DNA of 59,066 bases, the filler included, from Fonticula-like sp. SCN 57-25 (taxonomy: Eukaryota): NCBI GenBank assembly GCA_001724245.1. It is 4 parts of 4 records of this genome, joined end to end, with 100 filler letters (N's around TTAATTAATTAA, not from the genome) between each part and the next. Parts side by side here need not be neighbours in the genome. Positions count along the whole stretch, not along the records: positions 1 to 17,218 come from MEDX01000167.1; positions 17,319 to 31,210 come from MEDX01000168.1; 2 more parts are not named here. One strand, written 5' to 3'. A program made the translations under genes and the position numbers. The notes below the pieces were generated by a model that worked only from the letters and a program-made list of their open reading frames with translations, was not told where the DNA came from and made no database searches. This document shows, piece after piece, positions 12,920-25,082 of the stretch; position 1 is the first letter of the stretch; each line of letters begins with the position of its first letter.

Positions 12920-13310
12920 AGAGGTTCATTTCTCTCTGTGAATCTCCTTTTTTTCCTCTGTCTTTGACTCTTTTTTAATTTTACTTTACTTCCCTCCCAT
13001 TGTACAAGCATATGAGGCCGTTCCTTTCCTGCTGTGGTCGCCGTCCAAGCGGGCATGCCATTGCGCTGCCTCGCTCGTTCGTTTCATTATTTTAATACAG
13101 TAATGCTAAGCATGCATGCTATTCCCTTTGTCTACTTCTTACACAGTGGAGACATTAAGCGTTGTGCGTCGGCCACCGATGTGTGACCGGTCTTCCTTGG
13201 TCTTCCTACGTCCACCTTGATGTGTCACCAAAAATCACGTGCGCACCCGCCATAACCGGCGTGTCGTTCCAGTAGAGGGGCGGTGACTCGGAGGGCGGTG
13301 GCATTGGGCC

Positions 13311-16300
13311 ATGAGCGCGCCGATCTCTTCGGTGGCGGACACCGCCGAGAGCGCGTCGCTGACCCCTGTTGAAGGCGCAAGTGCGCCTGCAAAGAAAAGC
13401 AAGTCGGGCTCCAAGGGTAAGAAGAAGAGCAAGAAGGCGCTGCAGCAAACGGCGTCGACGTCGAGCGATCCGTTGATTGAAGCAAGCAGCAGTGGCGTCG
13501 ACGATCGCGGATCGCAGCCGGCGAGTGACAGTCTGGGGGTGGAACATGACGGCGCCGCTGCCTCTCATCCGACGATTGAAGTCCCGGCCGGACCAATAGA
13601 CTTTAGCGGCAGCATCCCCTCGTCGCCACATGTTGCCCTGACGCAGGCGGTGAGCAGCCCCGCGGCCCCCCCGCTGCCGTTCGAGCTCATCAACCCGCAC
13701 GTGCAGTCGCCGCTGCTCCTGTCGAGCAGCTCTTTTACGAACGTGTCGCCAGTCGTTGGCCCGTCGCGCACATCGACGCCGCCGCTGCGTCAGCCCCGCC
13801 GCATGCCGAGCGACGCATCGGTCGCGTCGCAGACGCCGTTCGGCGCAAAGCAGCACTCGGAAGCGGAGAGCGGCGCGTCGCCGCCTGCGCAGACAACACT
13901 GCCGGATGGCCTTTCAATCGCCGCCGCGCACAGGTTCGTTTGGCGCCCCCCCCCCCCCCCCCCTNCCCCCTTGCCTTGGATTTGGTCTCACGGTCTGCTC
14001 TAGCGAGCTAAAGGAGACGCTGCGCGCGTGCCTCGAGGAGCACGAGCGCAACACGCCTCGCTTTAGCATTGCCGACACGTTGAGGCACCCTGAATACAGC
14101 CTCCTTCTTGTTGTGGCGGTTGTTCTTTTGGCGTATTTTGCGTACATGCGCGGGAGCAGCGCGCCGAACACGCCCGGCGGCCCCGAGTACCAGTTCCGCG
14201 CGACGGGCGCGCTTGTAGAGTCGCTCCTGCTTTTTGTTCTCTTTGGCATTGCTGTTGCGCACTCGACGCGCGAGCGGCTGCTGTCGTACAGGGAGGTCGC
14301 CACAAAGGCGCAGCAGATCCAGCACCAACTCGAGACGTGTGACATGCAGCGCATCGCGCACGGCGGCATTCCGTACCTGCTGTCGCTCTCGGTCGTTGAG
14401 GTTGTACGAGAGGGGGCGGTGCGCATCATGCCGACAAACCTGCTCGTCAAGGATGACGTCATTGTGCTACGCGTCGGGCAGACAATTCCGACGGCAGTGC
14501 GCGCCTACTTTCCCGACACGCACCCGTCGGCGCCACCGGAAGACAGCAGTGCGTATTTGACATGATTGTCGCTGACACTGACACATGAGTGACCAGATGT
14601 GTATTCCGACATTTTGCCAGAGTCGACTGTCCTGTCGAGCACGTCCGAGACGATCAAGGCGCTCGGTCCGCGCGCCTTTTACCTGTTTAGCGTTGCCGAG
14701 ACGCCTCTCAAAGGGCTCCTTAACCAGGCCTTTACCGAGGCGCGCCCCAAGGCGGTATTGGTGCGCCAGAAAGAGCGCATCGCCGACTTTGTGCGGCGTC
14801 GCCTCGTTCTGGTCGTCTTTATCATCTCGCTTATTGTCAACATTATCCACATTGCCGCCGTGCCCGGCGCGTCGGAGCACTGGTTCGAAAGCATGCTGGT
14901 CAAGCCCGCGTACGTGATGCTGCCGCTGCTCGCGCACCTTCTCCCGCGTCTTTGGTGGGTCCTGCAGGCGTCCGGGAACGCGTACCTTTACTGCCTCTTT
15001 GACGAGCTGCAGCTGGCCAAGAAGGCGCTCAGCAGGGACGACATTGACGAGTTTGAGTTTGACGGCGCGCCGGCGGTCAAGGACGTGAAGGTGGACCCGC
15101 GCGTGGTGGCGCGCCGATTTGTGCAGCTTTTGGTTGGGACAGAGACGGCGACGCTCTTCCGCACGGCCAACCTCCTCTACGCGTTTGGAAACAGTACCGT
15201 CCTGTGCGTGCTTGACAAGGAAGGAACCGTCGCAAAGGTGCGTTGTGTGGCTTTTTGTGGACTTGTTGCAGCATTTTTTGAATCACATTATTCATTGCTT
15301 TACCTTTTTCTTTAGCCCTTCCCGCTTGCCGAGGAGATTCACTTTGTGCGCGACGAGCCCGTGACCCTCAAGCTTCGCCTGAACCCCAACAACAATCAAG
15401 AGGTTGCCTTTGAGGATGAGAACTGGGCCGAATGCCTGCCGTCACTCAAGCCCATGGGCCTCAACTTTATGCTCAACACGGACCGCGAGGTGCACATGCG
15501 CCGCGGGCTGTACACGCTCAAGCGCGTCCTCATGCGTGCCTACGGCCCCTTGGCGGTCGGCCGACTCAGTACGCGCCGGAATTCTTTTTTATACCTTTCT
15601 GCCGCTGTTTCTGACACAGTTTCAGTGGATTTGCGGTACCTTAGCAAGGCGATTGGCTTCTCTGATGACGCCGTGCGCGGCATGGTTCGCCGCCGCGACA
15701 TTCTTGTTCTGCCGCTTCGCGAGGATATTTCGGCTGCGTCGGCGTCCCCCGCGACCACTGCTCTGCCGTCGCCGCGCGCCGTCGAGCAGCCCGACGAAGC
15801 GTCAAAGGACCCGTTAACACAGTCAGGCGAGGCGCCAAAGGACTCGCTGACGCAGCCAGGCGAGGCGCCAAAAGACTCGCTGACGCAGCGCGTCGTCGTG
15901 CACAAGGACCTCCCTATGCTGCCCTCCATGGTCAGCGTCATCATCCAGGTGGCGGCCACATGTACGCTCCTTTTGCCGCTCTTTTCCTGACTGACAATGC
16001 ACCACCGTAGCGAGCTTCCAGCTGCTGACAGAGGGTACGCCCGAGTTCCTTCTGCAGTGCTGCTCCGAATACTGGGACGGCCAGGAGCTGCGCAAGATGA
16101 CCGCCGCGGACATGCAGGAGATGCAGGAGATGGTCACGCAGTGCCGCGTGCGCGACATGTCGTGCATCGCCTATGCGTACCGCCCGCTCGAAATGTCGCC
16201 GCAGTCATCCGTTCTCAGCGACGCTTTCCCAATTACGACAGAGCTCCCATTCCGCCGAAACAAGGTGCGTTCGGTATCGCTTAATTGGTACGCTGCTGCT

Positions 16301-17181
16301 GACGCGCGCCGCCGAAAGGGTTTCCACCACTCGCCAGACGCGAGCATCTCTGGCGGCGCGACGGGGGACGAGGTACGCGCGGCTGACCCGCTGAGTGGCC
16401 GCTGATTGATGCGTAGGGCGACGTCGGGGCCAATGAGGACGAGCCGGACGAGTACGAATATGACGAGGATGATCTGCCGATTGTGGACCACGTGCACCAG
16501 CTGCTGCACTCGCAGGTGTTCCTGGGCCTCGTTGCGCTGCAGCACGAAGTCCGGGAGGTGCGACTTTTGTTGATTTTGATCTCGAGGCTGACGTGCGCGC
16601 CGATAGGACATGCCCGAGTTTGTGAACGCGCTGCGCACTGCCGGCGTTCGCTTTGTGTACTTTTCCGAAAAGACGGAGCGCGAAAGCAAAGGTGCGTTTG
16701 ATATGGTTTTGTATTGATGTTCTGTGCTCACATTGCGCAGAGTTTGCAAGCCGCCTCGGCCTTGAGACCGACTGGAACTGCTGCATTGCACTTTCGAATG
16801 AAATGTCCGAGGACGAACCCGCAGAGCTCACCGAGGAAAAGTCGCAGCTCCCCTACGGCATCCAAAACATTCGTCCTCATCTGGAGAACGTGGATGACGT
16901 CCCGCTGCTCGTGCCCATCTTTTCGCGGTGCACGCCGACGACCACCAGCGAGATGATTCGCATTCTGCAGGAGAACGGCGAGGTCGTCGCGTGTCTCGGG
17001 TGCAGCGCAAAGTCATTCAACGCGCTCGCATTCAGTGTTGTGCGTCATGCTTGCCTTTGTTGATGTGTACTGATTGGGTGGCGTAGGCGGACCTTGCGTT
17101 GTCGTTTGAGGTGCTGCATCCAAAGCTGTTTCCGCCATTCAGCGAGGAGGACGCAGAGGGCGCAGAGCGTCCGGCCGCAAC
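13311..17181 (+). CDS. TMEM94: TMEM94/ERMA-like P-type-ATPase-related membrane protein, 3' end lost at the gap
   Basis: Motifs NLLVKDDVIVLRVGQ, TANLLYAFGNSTVLCVLDKEGT, LKPMGLN, RLGLETDWNCCIAL and LPYGIQNIRPHLENVDDVPLLVPIF...EMIRILQENGEVVACLG, all characteristic of TMEM94. Confidence 0.9.
15787..15888 (+). repeat. Coding 33-bp tandem repeat (3 units: QPDEASKDPLT / QSGEAPKDSLT / QPGEAPKDSLT) in TMEM94
   Basis: Directly visible units such as CAGCCAGGCGAGGCGCCAAAAGACTCGCTGACG. Confidence 0.9.
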
Positions 17182-17218
17182 GTGCGCACTGTTTTTCGCA
17201 CTATTAGCCTAGCTAACC

Positions 17219-17318
17219 NNNNNNNNNNNNNNNNNNNNNNNNNNNNNNNNNNNNNNNNNNNNTTAATTAATTAANNNNNNNNNNNNNNNNNNNNNNNNNN
17301 NNNNNNNNNNNNNNNNNN
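17219..17318. other. Assembly linker (N44-TTAATTAATTAA-N44)
   Basis: 100-nt N run with a six-frame-stop spacer; TMEM94 does not continue on the other side. Confidence 0.95.
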
Positions 17319-17673
17319 GTATGATAGTGATAATATATTGATAATCATAATAAATCTCGTGAACTGTATCATCATGGAAAAAGTAAATGAGAAACACTAG
17401 GTAAAGTGCCTTCTGGTGAAAGCGGCCGCACTGCGGCGCAAAGTAACCAATAAATCCTACACGGTACAGGCGCGGCGAAACACCAGCGCGGGCTTGAATC
17501 GTGCCACAATCGTCGAGGTATCCAGCCCGACTTGCAAATTACATAAAACAATTAAATGATGACCGGCGCGCCCAGATTCCATTACGGAATGAATCTTGGG
17601 AATAAACACATGAAGCGCGCGCGCGGCAAATGAAATGATGTACAAACGTAACAGAAACATAACTAACACAAGT

Positions 17674-19124
17674 TTACGCCGTCATCGGCCCTGGTCCGCG
17701 GGTATTCCCGTCCTCCTCGGGGGATGGGGTTTCGGGCTCGCCCTCTTCCGGGATGCCTGCCAACGAGCCGATGGATGTGCGGCGAGAGCGACTAGCAGCA
17801 CAAGAGTGAGCTGCGTGTCGCGCATAAAAGGAAAAAGTGCCGTACGCCTGCCGCTCGGACCTCGCCCACAAGCGCTTGGTACACCGGTCGAGCGAGCTCC
17901 AGAGGTCCGGTACCTCTGTGTTCACCGACTCGACGAGCAGCCGGTTGGCCGCTTGGTTGAAGACGAGGACGGCCGGGCGCGTCACCTTACGGCGCGCTTC
18001 GGCGACGCACGGCGAGCCCACCACAATATCGGGCTCCTTCTCGGCCTCGGCGATTAAGCGGTCCGAGACGAGCGGGTCCAGAATGTAAAAGGTCTTGAGC
18101 GGCACCGACGCGCCAAACGAGCGGCGTTCGCCAACGTGCCTAGCGCAAAAAGGTGAGAAAGGGTGGCGAGCGGGCTAGCAAACGCACTCGGCAAACATGG
18201 CCTCCACGCGCGCAAAGTCGCCCGCCGACATGTTGTCGAGCAGGAATACGGCGGACGACTGGACAAAGAGGGCGCCAAAGTCCGTGAGCGTGAGCGGCTG
18301 GGGGGCGAACAAGGCGGGCTGCTTGCGCGAAGCGATCTCGTTCACGCCGAGCTGCCGCTGAAGCGCGCAAAAGTCGCGCTCGTCGAGCGCCATCTCGAGC
18401 CGCTCGAGGTGCTCCTCGAGCTCGGCGACGCCCACGCTCGAGCCGGTCTGTGCCGGCATCGGGAGGACCTGCACGCCAACAAGGCGGCCCTCGAGGGCGC
18501 TGAGGCGATCAAGCAAACGAGCGAGCGCTGTCGGCGACGACGGCCCTTCGGCGCCCGTCACCGTCAGCGGCTCGTGCTGCTGGTGCGCAAAGCTAACTGC
18601 AGACATCATGCTGCGGCAATAATTAGCAGGAATAACAACAAGAGAGGCGGATCCGTACTGCGCGTTGGCGTTTTCCTGTCCAACGCTGATCTGCGCGGGT
18701 TTATTAGGCCGCTTCAAAGCAAATACGCGGCTCGAAGAACGCTGACTAGCCGCGTCAAGTACGCGCGCGGCCCCTTTCACGCCCCTGGCACTATCTAGCT
18801 GCGATAACGCACTCGAAACGCTCACCGCGTCCGCAACACTGCCCGAGCTGTCCAGGGTGTGCGGAAACCACGTCACGGCCGCTATATTTGGCTTTCCCAC
18901 GCTCGCTTTCTCACTTCGCTCCGATACAATACGATACGCCACCGGCCCCGGCTGCCTTCAGTCAGGGCGTCGGTGTCGTGGGCGCACACAAAAATGCGAA
19001 AATTCCGCCGCTCCCGAAGTCTCGTGAAAACACCGCCTTCCGCGAGGTCGGCTTTCGCGCCTTGTCGCCTAGTGCTGGGCACCGAGTCAGAGAGAAGAGC
19101 CTCCTCAGGAGACCTGCTGAAAGC
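17674..19124 (-). CDS. Hypothetical protein (~450 aa) divergent from MCM8; 5' end unresolved
   Basis: ORFs 18882-19082, 18175-18942 and 17674-18105 can be joined in frame by short GT..AG introns (...RNFRIF|PGPVAYRIV...EAMFAE|HVGERR...). No family recognised. Confidence 0.55.
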
Positions 19125-19399
19125 TCAACTTTGCGGGGAGGTTGCGCCCTGCGCGGTTATCATTCGTTGCATTTTAGCAACAAAAATTGCGCCCGTGTTT
19201 GGATGCCAATCCTTCTGCGACTTCGAATCGGCAATCGTCTCATGGTCGAAATGTTCCGATGCGTGCATAAAAGTTGCGCTCAAAAAACAAATGCGACAGG
19301 CCTGCTGCAGGTGCAATGTCGTGCGTGGCAGAGGGATATTATTAGACACGGAGACACGGGGTTATTTAGGGGTGTCCACAGGCCTGTCACAGGTGCATT

Positions 19400-19410
19400 T
19401 TTGGCGGGAA
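19400..19410. promoter_or_regulatory. Candidate E2F site (TTTGGCGGGAA) upstream of MCM8
   Basis: Matches the E2F consensus TTCCCGCC(AAA) about 36 nt before the MCM8 ATG. Confidence 0.5.
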
Positions 19411-19446
19411 GTGTGACGAGCGCGCAGCAGCAGCAAACCCGCGAGC

Positions 19447-22252
19447 ATGCGCGCGCCCGACCACTGGGACTTGTACTTTCCAGATGAAGGTACGGGTGGG
19501 AGAGGGGCGTGGGAGTGAGGCGCGAGGCTGAGGCGCGCGTTTGGTAGACTTTATGGAGGAGAGCCCGGAGGGGCAGATGGTGATGCAAATGCTAGAGTAC
19601 TTTGCGGGATACGCGCCGCTCGTGTCAAAGGTGCGCCTTCGCGTGTACGCTCCTCCCGCGCAGTCTCTTACCTCTCAACAGAGCGACCTTGAGAACTATC
19701 AAGCTGCGACCGTCGATTTTGCCGAAGTTGTTCAGCATTGCCCCGTGGAGAACCTTGCGGCCGAGTTGCGCGACCGGCCGGCGGCTGTCCTTTCGTGCAT
19801 GGCGCTGGCTCTCCACGAGGCGCTCACAAGCCAACCGGGGTCCGATGACCCGGGCGTCTTGCGCGTCATGGTGATCAACTACGAACCGCTTACTGTGCTG
19901 CGCGACATAAAGTCAAACCTAGTCGGAAAATTTGTGGCCGTCCATGGAACTGTGGTGCGCGTCAGTAACATGCGGCCGCTCGCCACGGTCGGCGATTTTG
20001 AATGCAATAGATGCGGTACTAGCCAGGTACATCTGATGTTTGTTCATTGCCTTGTACTAAGCCGCGCGTACAGCTGCTGCGCTTTGAAGACGGACGGTAT
20101 GCGGTCCCATCGAGGTGTACGACGTCGTCCTGCAAAAGCAAAGCTTTTACATTCCTGCGCGGCTCGCCAAACACGCAGTCTGTTGATTGGCAGCGAATTA
20201 GGTACATTGATGTGCGCATGTGTTTGCCGATTGCTAACGGTCAGCAGAGTGCAAGAGATCTTGAACGACGACGTGAATGACGCCGGCCGCGTGCCGCGCT
20301 GCATCGAGGTCGAGCTAAGCGCGCACCTTGTCGACCTGTGCCTGCCGGGCGATGTCGTGACGCTCTCTGGAATTGTAAAATTTCTCGGTACGGACGAAAA
20401 TGAAGGGAAAAAGCAAAGCAACGCGCCTACCTACGTGCTCTACATTGACGCCAACGCCGTCACAACAAAGTACGCGGTTGTGCGGTTGTTCTGTTTGCTT
20501 ACCTCGCCCTCAGCAAATCGCGATCCGCGGCGCACACCAAGAACGACTCGTCCGATCTCTTGCAGTTTTCTATCAAGGACATGTATGCTATCCGCGAGAT
20601 CGCCAACGAGCCCGACCTCTTTAAACTGTTCGTCAACTCTATCTGCCCCTCCATCTTCGGGCACGACTTGGTCAAAGGTCCGCCTCCCGCGCGCCCCTCT
20701 GTCTTGTCGCGCTGACTGCTCGTCGCAGCGGGCTTTGTTCTCGCGCTCTTTGGAGGAAAGCGAAAGTACGCGACGCACAAGAGCAACGTCGCTGTTCGCG
20801 GCGACCCGCACGTCCTGGTGGTGGGCGACCCTGGTCTCGGAAAGAGCCAAATGCTTCAGGCTGTGGCTGCCGTCGCGCCGCGCGGCGTGTACGTGTGTGG
20901 GTCCACTGCCACGTCTGCCGGCCTCACTGTGGCCCTGCACCGCGACTCGGCCACGGGCGATTACGCCCTCGAGGCGGGCGCGCTTGTCCTCGCCGACCAG
21001 GGCACGTGCTGCATCGACGAGTTTGACAAACTGCGTCACGAGCACGAGGCCTTGTTGGAAGGTGCGGGCTTGCGCGACACTCTTGTATGTGGCACTCACG
21101 GTCGCGGTAGCCATGGAACAGCAATCGATCAGCGTGGCCAAGGCGGGAATCGTCTGCAGTTTGCCGTCTCGCACCTCTGTGCTGGCCGCGGCGAACCCTG
21201 CGGGCGGCCACTACAAGTACGCTCTTCTTGAGGGCTGTTTTCTGAGCTCACCGCCCGCACAGCAAAGCGAAAACTGTTTCAGAGAACCTCCGGATGGGCG
21301 GCGCACTGCTCTCTCGCTTTGATCTCATTTTCATCATGCTCGACAAGCCCGATCTTGATATGGACCGCTTCCTCTCGGCACATGTCATGGCAGTGCGTCC
21401 GCTCACGCATTACTCTTGCGCCTTCTAATACTCTCTTTCCGCAGCTTCATGCCGGCAGGCGGCCTGCTCCTATGCAGGACGCCGCGCGCGTCACAGAGCG
21501 TGACCCGGGCGGCACGCAGCCCCTGTCACTTGTTCTTTCCGAAGAGGCTGCGCCGTCTCTGGCCGCGCGGCTGCGCGTCAAGAGCGGTGAGCAATTCGAG
21601 CCGATTCCGCCGTCCCTCCTGCGCAAGTACATTGGCTACGCTCGCCAATACGTGGAGCCGAGGTGCGCATACTTCTCTCGTTCCTTCCCGAGCTCAGCCA
21701 TCTCGCAGCATTTCACCCGAGGCAGCGGACCACCTGCAGCGTTTTTACCTGGAGCTCCGCCAGACGCATCGGTCGGCTGACTCGGCGCCGATAACGACCC
21801 GCCAGCTCGAGTCGCTCATGCGCCTTGCTGAAGCCCGCGCACGGCTGGAGCTGCGCGAGAATGTGACGGAAAAGGACGCGCAGGACGCCATCGAGCTCAT
21901 GTGCGCTTGATACTCCCGATGCGTTTTAATGCGGAATTGCTGACCTTTTTGTAGGCGGCACAGCCTGAATGGCACGTTCGAGGACAACGTGGGCAACGTG
22001 GACGTGTCGCGGTCGCAGCACGGCACCGGCATGATTCGCAATCATCTGGCCAAGCGCTTTGTCGGCGAGCTGGAGCGGGTGGCGGAGCAGACGGCACAGA
22101 GCACATTCACGCAGCAGGCCCTTTTTCAAATTGCGCGTGACTTGCACCTGCCGATCCCAAACCTCGCCGAGTTTATTCAGTCGCTCAACTATCAGGGGTA
22201 CCTGCTAAAGCGCGGCAACAATTCCTACAAGCTCATGTCCGCCGGCTTGTAG
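19447..22252 (+). CDS. MCM8: DNA helicase MCM8
   Basis: N-terminal [22 protein letters not shown] zinc finger, [66 protein letters not shown], and the MCM8-type C-terminus [11 protein letters not shown]. Confidence 0.93.
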
Positions 22253-22472
22253 CTGTATTTTTATGTATACTATGTACAAAAGCCTTTTGGTATATATGTG
22301 TGAGTTCTGCTGGCATCAATAGACGTTTATAATTATGTATTGCGCACCAAACGAGCATTCAACTCGACATGAATACAAGTAAGAATTATTCTAGTAGAAC
22401 CGTATTCTGATTTTTGTTTTCTATGCATGGATGACGCGGAATTGACCATATGGTGAGATTATCAATTCAGAT

Positions 22473-23089
22473 ATGGCGGCGACGCTCGTCAAGGATGTCG
22501 CGCAGACAATAGGCGCCGGCCATAACGGTACGCTAAACGGCGCTTGTTTGGGGGTGCTAACGTGTTGGTAGGTGTGTTTGACAGCGTTCTTGTGGTGGCT
22601 GCGGCCGGGAGAGGCGCCGGATCTGAAATAGCGTATGAACCTTGCTATTCATTTAAACTAGTGCTCACGCTTGCTCTGAAGGCGGCAGTACGTGGGGAAT
22701 GAAGAGGACACTGTCAGCGAGGAGCAGCTTGTATCATTATTAGAGCAGGTATTACATAGGCCAACCGCGTGGAATGGGCCTCTCTCCTTTGGCTCCCTGT
22801 CATGTACGTCATCTCCCCCTGTAAAACGACGCACCTAATAATCGCATCATAGATGTCGTGGTGCTCGCCACGCCCAGCGCGGTGCACGCGCGCGCGCTAG
22901 ACGAGTCGAATAGGGGTCTTCTTATTGCATTGTACAAGAAAACAGTGGTCATCGCCTCGTACGCCAGCGCCATTTCCTTTCTGCGTGTCTCACCTGAATG
23001 GGTCTAGGTACCGCTCTACGAGCGTGATCGAGACTGCGACTGCCCTCGAAACGTTCCAGCGGCTATGCGGGGTGTTCTGGCAGTCATGA
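22473..23089 (+). CDS. Divergent profilin-like protein (5 exons, ~140 aa), absent from the ORF track
   Basis: Removing four canonical introns gives one open frame: MAATLVKDVAQTIGAGHNGVFDSVLVVAAAGRGAGSEIARQYVGNEEDTVSEEQLVSLLEQVLHRPTAWNGPLSFGSLSYVVVLATPSAVHARALDESNRGLLIALYKKTVVIASYRSTSVIETATALETFQRLCGVFWQS*. Size and pattern fit the profilin fold. Confidence 0.65.
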
Positions 23090-23271
23090 TTATAGAACAG
23101 CGATACAATTGACGGGATCTTTTATTGTAGGAATAAGATGATGGTTGGCTATGTGAACAGACGTGCCAACAACTAGTACTGCAAATGACCAATTACTCCG
23201 CCGCAGCGAAAAGAAACGGACAGTGAAAAAAGGAAAAGGAAACGTTTACATAATTATGTCGTTAAAACTAA

Positions 23272-23852
23272 CTAGTCCTTGTTCAGCCCAAAGAGACGCT
23301 TCTTGTGCATCACGGGGAACTTTGCTACCATGACCGCCACAAGCGACGCAAAAGCCAGCATGAACGAGATGCCATTCAGCTCCACGACAAAAGAGCCGAT
23401 AAGGAAGCTAGATATAACCAGTTAGCAAACGATAATCGTGTTTATAGAAGGCGCTGGGGACGCACAGAATAATAGGAACCGCCATGAGCAGCTTGCGTGT
23501 GGGGGAGTACTGCTGACCATTGTCGAGCTGCTCCCAGAACGTGAGCTTGCTGTATTGGCCATAGTTGTCAACCTGGCCCTCGAAGGGCATCCCCTTGGCA
23601 AAGTGGAAGAGAACGAGGGTGATCTATAGGCAGTAGCCGCTCGGGTTAGCAAGCGGAAGACAAATCGGCCCCAGCCGACAGGGCGGAAAGACGTACCACA
23701 TTGTGGGCAACAATGGTGATCGTCCAGGCGAGCTCATACGTGGGCGCAAGAGATCCAAAGATTCTTACCGCCACGACAAAGAGGAGATAAGCAGCCCACC
23801 CCGACGTGGACTCGATCCACTGGGTGTTTGGGTTTACGCTCGCGGTCGACAT
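23272..23852 (-). CDS. ORMDL: ORMDL/Orm sphingolipid synthesis regulator
   Basis: Motifs VNPNTQWI..GW, AWT, FHFAKGMPF, YSKLTFWEQLDNGQQYSPTRK and AKFPVMHKKRLFGLNKD*. Two introns. Confidence 0.93.
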
Positions 23853-24038
23853 CCTTGAGGTACAGGTACACCGGGTGACGTCAAAGTCTTCCGCTCTCAC
23901 GCCTGTGACACTGTTGTAGGCCAATGAAGAATCTGCCCTTGAATCGGGCGTTCCGGAGATTCTCAAGAATGAAAAGAGAGTGGGATAAAAGGCAACCAAT
24001 CGATTGGTCTGCGCTGTTTCATTTTCATACCCTTGAGA

Positions 24039-24850
24039 ATGGCGAACTCTAACATGATGATGGCGGCGGTGGTGCTGCTGGCGCTGGCCGCCGGCAACAC
24101 TGGTACGCCCAAGTTGACTCGCATGCAAAGTAGTGTCTAACTGTTGAATAGTTCACGCTGCCTGCTACCCGACCGTTTCTGGCGCCACGGTGTCGGCCAA
24201 CACGGATGTCGAGCAGTTCTTCTGCCAGTCGACGCAGTCCGACTGCATGCACCCGGACCCCTCGACCGAGCTGGACCCGAACTCGTGCAACGGCGGTGGC
24301 GAGGACCCTTACTACGCGGGAAGCAACAAGATTGCCTGCAACGTTACCATTGTGACCGCGAGCCCCAAGTCCCAGCACAACTGCACAGTCAACCTGTCGT
24401 TCAACGCTGATCTCTACAGTACGAATCCCCGCTCAAGCTTGGCCACAGCTAACACGATTCGTAGTGGGCATGACCGTCGCTGCCTGCCCCGGCTTCATTG
24501 GCACCCAGCGCGTTTCCTGCACGACCACTCGCGTACGTCCAAAGTTGCGGGCTCGCCCCTTTTCCCTTACTCACCCCCGTTGTTTTGTTTTTGCTGCTCC
24601 CTTTCAGGCTAGCGATGACTCGACTGGCAATGGCCCCAACTCCGTCATTGGCACGGCGTCCAACCTTTACACGTACAATGCGGTTGCCTGCGGCGTCTGC
24701 ATCCACGGTGTCTGCGACGACGTGGTTGGCTGCCGCTGCAATGCTGGCTATTTCGGCGAGACTTGCGACGACAGCGGCGCCTCGGCGACCGCGGTCTCCT
24801 TCGCGGCCATCGCGCTCGGCCTTGTCGGGGCCGCCTTTAGCATGTTCTAA
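24039..24850 (+). CDS. Secreted, probably GPI-anchored Cys-rich protein with a C-terminal EGF-like domain
   Basis: Signal peptide MANSNMMMAAVVLLALAAGNTVHA; Cys-rich extracellular region with N-x-T/S sites; EGF-like CGVCIHGVCDDVVGCRCNAGYFGETC; terminal SGASA followed by a hydrophobic tail. Three introns. Confidence 0.75.
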
Positions 24851-25082
24851 AGATGACCCGGACGCCCGTCGACGCACGTCGAACGGCTGGGGCGCTTCTT
24901 AGTGTTGCTCCCGAAGGGGCGGCGATTTGCGGGCAAATCGTGCTTCTGTTCGCGGAATGTGACTTTTTCCATCCCTTTTTTTGTCTTGCTCTGCCTATCA
25001 CGGCGAGTACGTGAAGAGTGAATGAAGCGTCATATATTTTACACTGGACAAAAGTAAGAAACGAAAATGTACAGCTGCCTCT

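Noticed and set aside
13946-13970. Poly-C tract as a G-quadruplex regulatory element
   Set aside because: It is an intronic homopolymer containing an N, of uncertain length and with no other support.
17263-17274. TTAATTAATTAA as a biological repeat or transposon target site
   Set aside because: It is identical and centred in each of three 100-nt N runs, which marks an assembly spacer.
19541-21322. 593-aa ORF as a single-exon or frameshifted MCM gene
   Set aside because: It reads through several short introns and leaves the MCM8 frame; ordinary splicing explains it.
22427-22470. Upstream micro-exon supplying the profilin N-terminal Trp (MDDAELTIW)
   Set aside because: It needs an 18-nt intron and splicing creates an immediate TGA.
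8380-23089. Formin plus profilin-like gene as an actin gene cluster
   Set aside because: They are separated by an artificial contig join at 17219-17318.
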